From Clostridia bacterium (GTDB lineage: Bacteria; Bacillota; Clostridia; Oscillospirales; CAG-272), in assembly GCA_017621475.1 (NCBI GenBank), contig JAGATA010000031.1, forward strand, positions 1,929 to 65,928: 64,000 nt of DNA, read 5' to 3'. A program made the translations under genes and the position numbers. A model generated the notes under the pieces. It saw only the letters and a list, made by a program, of their open reading frames with translations. It was not told the DNA's origin and searched no databases. The stretch's first letter is position 1. Each line of letters opens with the position of its first letter. Positions 60,111 to 64,000 of the stretch are shown here, piece after piece.

Positions 60111-61814
60111 TTATTTTTCAAATTTTTTTGCAAGTACGTTTTTAACGTAATCGTCAAGCTCGCCTGCAATGCTTGCAATCGCGCCTTCCTCATATGGAAG
60201 CACAAGACCTGCGCTCTTAACGATGTCCTCAAACGTAGCAGTGCCAGCCATATCCACAAAATCAAGGTATTTTGCCCAGGCTTCTTCGCGATTTTTGAGC
60301 GAAAGCATATAAAACTCGAAAGAAACCGTCTGCGCCATACAGTAATCTATATAATAGAACGGATACATAAAGATATGGAGCTGTCTTTGCCAGCCTGCAC
60401 CGCGGGAATAGAACGGAATATTCTCAAGATCTATATACGGGCGGTATTTTTTCTCAAGTCCGAGCCAAACTTCGTTTCTTTCCTCGGGGGAAAGCTCCGG
60501 CTTTTCATACATAACGTGCTGGAATTCATCAACCATACAGCCGTAAGGAATGAATATGAGTGAATCCTCCGCGTGGGAAAGCTCATATTTTTTAGTGTCT
60601 TCCTTGAAGAAAAGCTCGTGATAGGGCGCTGTCAAAAACTCCATAGACATAGAGTGGCATTCACAAGTTTCCATAGATGGGTTTTTGAGCTCATGGAGCG
60701 TATCCTGGCGAAGTGCGCGGTAAGCCGCAAAAGCATGACCCATTTCGTGAGTAAGCACGTCAACGTCGCCGCTTGTGCCGTTGAAGTTGGAGAAAACGAA
60801 CGGCGCTTTATAGCCGGAGATCTCCGTGCAGTAGCCGCCGGGCGCTTTGCCGTCCTTTGCAAGAACATCAAAAAATTCGCCGTCATACATAAAATCGATA
60901 AATTCTTTCGTTTCTGCGGAAAGCTCGTGGTACATCTGCTTTCCTGCGGCAAGGATATCCTCGCTTGTGCCGTGAGGCTTGGGGTTTCCATCCGTGAACA
61001 TAAAGAGATCGTCATAGATTTTAAGCTTATCTACACCTATTCTCTTTTGCTGGCGCTCTTTTACGCCTGCAACGATCGGCACCATATCCTTGGCAATCTG
61101 ATCGCGGAATGCGGCAACCTTATCCTTATCATAGCAGTTTCTGCCGAGTCTGTCATAAGCAAGAGAAACGAAGTTATCGTATCCAAGTTTATGCGCGATC
61201 TCTGTGCGAACGCCTACAAGCTCCGAATAAATTCTTTCAAAATCCGCTCTTCTTCCCTCGAACGCCTTGCCCTCTGCCTCGTAAGCGCTCTTACGAACGG
61301 CTCTGTCCGGGTTCTGCTTGTAGGGTGAAAGCTTCGTTATGGGAAGGACTTTTCCGTCGATCTCCGCTGTTGTTGTGGCGTAAAGCTTCTGATATTCCGT
61401 TGTGAGGGCGTTTTCTTTCTGCAAAAGAGGAATTATTTCGGGAGAGAAGGTCTTTTTCTCAATTTCCATATTTACAAAAAGGAGCGTACCGAATTTTTCT
61501 TCAAGTTCTTTTCTGAATTTGGATTCAAGAACGGCATTCATAAATTCCTGTGCTTTTTCTTCGAGGACGGGGCCGTTTTCATCAAAAAAATCGTTTTCCG
61601 CTTCGTAAAAAGCATCTCTTGTGTCGATACTGTGGCGGATGGACGCGATTGTTGCGTTTGTGCCAAAATCGGACATAAGCTTTTCTTTTTCAAGAATAAG
61701 CTCTATCTGTGTTTTGGCATCGAGTGCGGAGATCATTTTTTCCGTAAGAGCGGAAAGTTTTTCATTTGTCGCCGCAATATCCGGGCGTTTGTATTCAAGT
61801 TCTGAAAATTTCAT
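60111..61814 (-). CDS. M3-family oligoendopeptidase (PepF-like, 567 aa)
   Basis: AAGGAGG RBS then ATG 61814 (internal Met of the track ORF). Zinc motif HEMGHAF and a downstream E ligand region. Length and overall pattern fit M3B. Confidence 0.85.
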   Translation of the reverse strand: MKFSELEYKRPDIAATNEKLSALTEKMISALDAKTQIELILEKEKLMSDFGTNATIASIRHSIDTRDAFYEAENDFFDENGPVLEEKAQEFMNAVLESKFRKELEEKFGTLLFVNMEIEKKTFSPEIIPLLQKENALTTEYQKLYATTTAEIDGKVLPITKLSPYKQNPDRAVRKSAYEAEGKAFEGRRADFERIYSELVGVRTEIAHKLGYDNFVSLAYDRLGRNCYDKDKVAAFRDQIAKDMVPIVAGVKERQQKRIGVDKLKIYDDLFMFTDGNPKPHGTSEDILAAGKQMYHELSAETKEFIDFMYDGEFFDVLAKDGKAPGGYCTEISGYKAPFVFSNFNGTSGDVDVLTHEMGHAFAAYRALRQDTLHELKNPSMETCECHSMSMEFLTAPYHELFFKEDTKKYELSHAEDSLIFIPYGCMVDEFQHVMYEKPELSPEERNEVWLGLEKKYRPYIDLENIPFYSRGAGWQRQLHIFMYPFYYIDYCMAQTVSFEFYMLSLKNREEAWAKYLDFVDMAGTATFEDIVKSAGLVLPYEEGAIASIAGELDDYVKNVLAKKFEK

Positions 61815-61885
61815 ATATTTTTTCCTCCTTGGAATGTTTTTATGTACTATTTGAGATAACGCTGATATCTGTTTATAACCTCTTT

Positions 61886-61923
61886 CGGCGGCGTACGCCG
61901 CCACCTTCCCCAAGGGGGAAGGC
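61886..61923. repeat. GC-rich palindromes of the CCTTCCCC-N-GGGGAAGG family
   Basis: CGGCGGCG-TA-CGCCGCC (61886-61902), then ACCTTCCCC-AA-GGGGGAAGG (61903-61922). Same family as 3936-3959. Confidence 0.75.
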
Positions 61924-61949
61924 TTAAAAGGAAGAATTTTCGCTGTTTT

Positions 61950-62273
61950 TTATCTCACCACGGCGAAAAACTCCAGGTTTTCCACACCGTTGTTGATAAG
62001 CGAATGGCTCGTACCCTTGGGGCAATAGTGGCAATTTCCCGGCAAGAGAGCTTCTTCCGTATCTTCAAAAAGGCATTTTCCTTTTCCCGAAAGGATGTAG
62101 ATTATCTCCGCATTTTCCGTGTGCGCGTGAAAGCCGATGGACGCGCCGGGAACGAGAGTTCCGCGCATTATCTTGCTTTCGCCGTCGTCAAACATTTTTA
62201 CGGCAAAATCGCCCACACCGCCCTTGAACTGCGGCAAAATTTTCTTTTCCATAGAATTAAAATCTATCTTCAT
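61950..62273 (-). CDS. Cupin-domain protein (107 aa)
   Basis: Start overlaps the GH78 stop (4 nt). Cupin motifs G.S.GFHAH...E..Y.L.G.G and P.G..H...N. Confidence 0.7.
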   Translation of the reverse strand: MKIDFNSMEKKILPQFKGGVGDFAVKMFDDGESKIMRGTLVPGASIGFHAHTENAEIIYILSGKGKCLFEDTEEALLPGNCHYCPKGTSHSLINNGVENLEFFAVVR

Positions 62274-64000
62274 TTTGTACCTCTTACAAAAATTTCGTTT
62301 TTACCATTTGAAAGCTCTCTCATTTCTCCGCCAAAGGAGAAGCAAGCGTTCGCGCCCTCGGGAATTTCCACGTTAAAGAGAATTTCTTCGCCTTCTCTCT
62401 TTGCTTCCACGCTTATTTTTCCGTAAGGCGTTTCAAGCGCCCCCTTTACAAAAGAAAGCTTTTTCGGTATCTGTGGGCAGATGGTAACATTTGCGCCCTC
62501 TCTGCCAATGCCGAGCAAGCGAGTGTACAAATGGCGCACACCCGCGCCGAACATAGGATGGTCGTGGGAATACACACCGTCCCACTGCTCCCAGATGGTG
62601 GTGGCTCCGTGGCGTTTCATATAGAGGTAAGAGCCCATATCCTCGGATTCGAGAAGCTTGAGTGCCGTATCCGCATATCCGTAGTCGAAAAGCACCTCAA
62701 TGAGTATGTCCGTTCCGAGAAAGCCCGTGTCAAAATGACCTAGGCTTTCGTATTTTTCGGCAACAAGCGCGGCTGTCTGCGCGCCCGCAAGCCCTGCCCA
62801 CACGGCGTAAGCGGAAGCACCCTGCACTCCGCGGCAGTATTCGCCCTTTTCTTCATCGAAAAATTCTCGCTCAAGAGCATTTTTAAGCTCGCCTATCTTT
62901 GTTTCGTATACGGCTATGTCGGAATCTTTGCCGAGAATGTGCGCTATTTCGCAAAGAGTGGCAAGCATCTTCACAAAATAGCAGGTGTTCACATAGCTTT
63001 CCGGAATTTCCGGCTTTTCGAGCATACACCAGTCGCCAAGACACCAGCCTTTTTCCTCCTCGCGCACGATAATATCGTTTTCGCATCGTGTGCTGAGGTA
63101 ATCCATATATCTTCTCATCGGCTCGTAACACTCGGCAAGCACATCAAGCTCGCCAAATTCTCGGAAAAACGCATGGGGAACAAAAACTATCGCACTTCCC
63201 CAGCCGCCGGGGCCGCCGCCGCCGCCCATAAGGGGCGCTGTGTGACCGACGTGCCCTGTCACCTTACACTGTGAATCCAGAATATCGCGTATCCATTTGC
63301 GGTAAAATTCGCGAGTATCCATCGTCATCATAACCGTGGGGGCACAGACCTGACCGTCGCCCGTGTAGCCAAGGCGCTCTCTGTGCGGACAGTCGGAGGG
63401 GATGGAGCCGTGCATATTGTTAAGCTGTGTGCGGATAAACGCATCATAAAGAAAATTAAGCCCCTCGGAGGACGAGGAAAACTCGCTCGTCACATCTACG
63501 TCGCTGTGAATAACAAGCACTTCTGCGCTCTCTATTTCGCCCTCAACCTCAAAATAGCGGAACGCGTGCCAAGTAAATTTAGGTTCAAAAGTGCGCGTTT
63601 TGCCGTCTGCAACGAACACGTCGCGCATTATCTGCACACCACCGGATTTTATCCTGCAATGCGTGCCTGTACTTGTAAAATCGAGAGAGCCGTCTTCGGC
63701 AAGCTCCTCCGCAAAACGCAGCTTTATTATCTCTCCCGCGGACGCGGACGTAGTAACGCGAACGATACCGCTTATGTTTTCGCCCGCATCGTATATCTTT
63801 TTGCCGTTCACCGTACCGAGCAACACGGGCTTTATCGTGCGTATAACTCTGTCGGGCGTGCCGATCGCGGGGGAAAGCTGTGTTTGAGTGTCCGTAACCT
63901 GCACCTTGCCGCTTGTTTTCGGCGCGTCGGGGTCGTGTACCTCGCCTATGTAGAGGTTGTTATAGATAATTTCGCTTGATTCCCACGTTTCGCTTCCGTC
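62270..64000 (-). CDS. Alpha-L-rhamnosidase (GH78), 3' part; the gene continues beyond the right edge
   Basis: The frame stays open from the track start (GTG 63904) to base 64000 (..DGSETWESSEIIYNNLYIGEVHDPDAPK..). The catalytic (alpha/alpha)6 region has the hallmark IPSDCPHRERLGYTGDGQV. Confidence 0.8.
   Translation of the reverse strand, partial: DGSETWESSEIIYNNLYIGEVHDPDAPKTSGKVQVTDTQTQLSPAIGTPDRVIRTIKPVLLGTVNGKKIYDAGENISGIVRVTTSASAGEIIKLRFAEELAEDGSLDFTSTGTHCRIKSGGVQIMRDVFVADGKTRTFEPKFTWHAFRYFEVEGEIESAEVLVIHSDVDVTSEFSSSSEGLNFLYDAFIRTQLNNMHGSIPSDCPHRERLGYTGDGQVCAPTVMMTMDTREFYRKWIRDILDSQCKVTGHVGHTAPLMGGGGGPGGWGSAIVFVPHAFFREFGELDVLAECYEPMRRYMDYLSTRCENDIIVREEEKGWCLGDWCMLEKPEIPESYVNTCYFVKMLATLCEIAHILGKDSDIAVYETKIGELKNALEREFFDEEKGEYCRGVQGASAYAVWAGLAGAQTAALVAEKYESLGHFDTGFLGTDILIEVLFDYGYADTALKLLESEDMGSYLYMKRHGATTIWEQWDGVYSHDHPMFGAGVRHLYTRLLGIGREGANVTICPQIPKKLSFVKGALETPYGKISVEAKREGEEILFNVEIPEGANACFSFGGEMRELSNGKNEIFVRGTK

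Noticed and set aside
1-64000. Prophage, integrative element, IS or transposon, tRNA/rRNA genes
   Set aside because: No integrase, transposase, recombinase, phage structural or replication motifs were recognised in any frame. I noticed no cloverleaf-like or rRNA-like sequences. Only the small inverted-repeat-flanked DUF559 cassette and dispersed repeats hint at mobility.

Overview
This 64-kb chromosomal window comes from a low/mid-GC Firmicute. It is most likely a Clostridia gut or rumen anaerobe of the Oscillospiraceae/Ruminococcus type. That placement is an inference from a type-I dockerin module, a BspA-type LRR protein, the gene content and the GC-rich palindromic intergenic repeats. I recognised no rRNA, tRNA, CRISPR array, transposase or integrase. 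All family calls rest on motif recognition by eye; no searches were run. LEFT PART (2.1-30.8 kb, all minus strand) is an accessory cell-surface region. It holds a BspA-like LRR protein and a small DUF559 endonuclease-like gene boxed in by inverted repeats. It also holds a tightly packed ~17-kb gene array (4800-21969): two SipW-type signal peptidases, secreted proteins of 338-1696 aa that share a SipW/TasA-style N-terminal motif and/or a common C-terminal strand motif, a beta-helix protein with a Thr-rich tandem-repeat tail, and, embedded in the middle, a membrane-anchored McrB-type AAA+ NTPase followed by a nuclease-less partner with a long E/R/K helix. The array is headed by an apparently degenerate HD-GYP/EAL protein. 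Upstream of it sits a 2041-aa dockerin-bearing protein paired with a membrane-anchored, possibly cohesin-like protein. This array is my best candidate for an undescribed system: an NTPase-associated giant TasA-like fibre or surface-layer assembly locus. RIGHT PART is housekeeping: clpB, an EF-G paralog, trmK, nif3, cls, an alkD-like gene, a gldA/F/G-like ABC operon with a DUF4340 gene, a pyrimidine operon (pyrC-carA-carB-pyrK-pyrD-pyrF-pyrE-pyrB), a lipoprotein, an M3 oligoendopeptidase, a cupin and a truncated GH78 rhamnosidase. Oddities in the housekeeping part are a CarA lacking all three glutaminase triad residues, a PyrB fused to only the zinc domain of PyrI, an attenuator-type pyr leader, and a repeated ~300-500 bp hairpin-bounded element inserted twice in the pyr locus.
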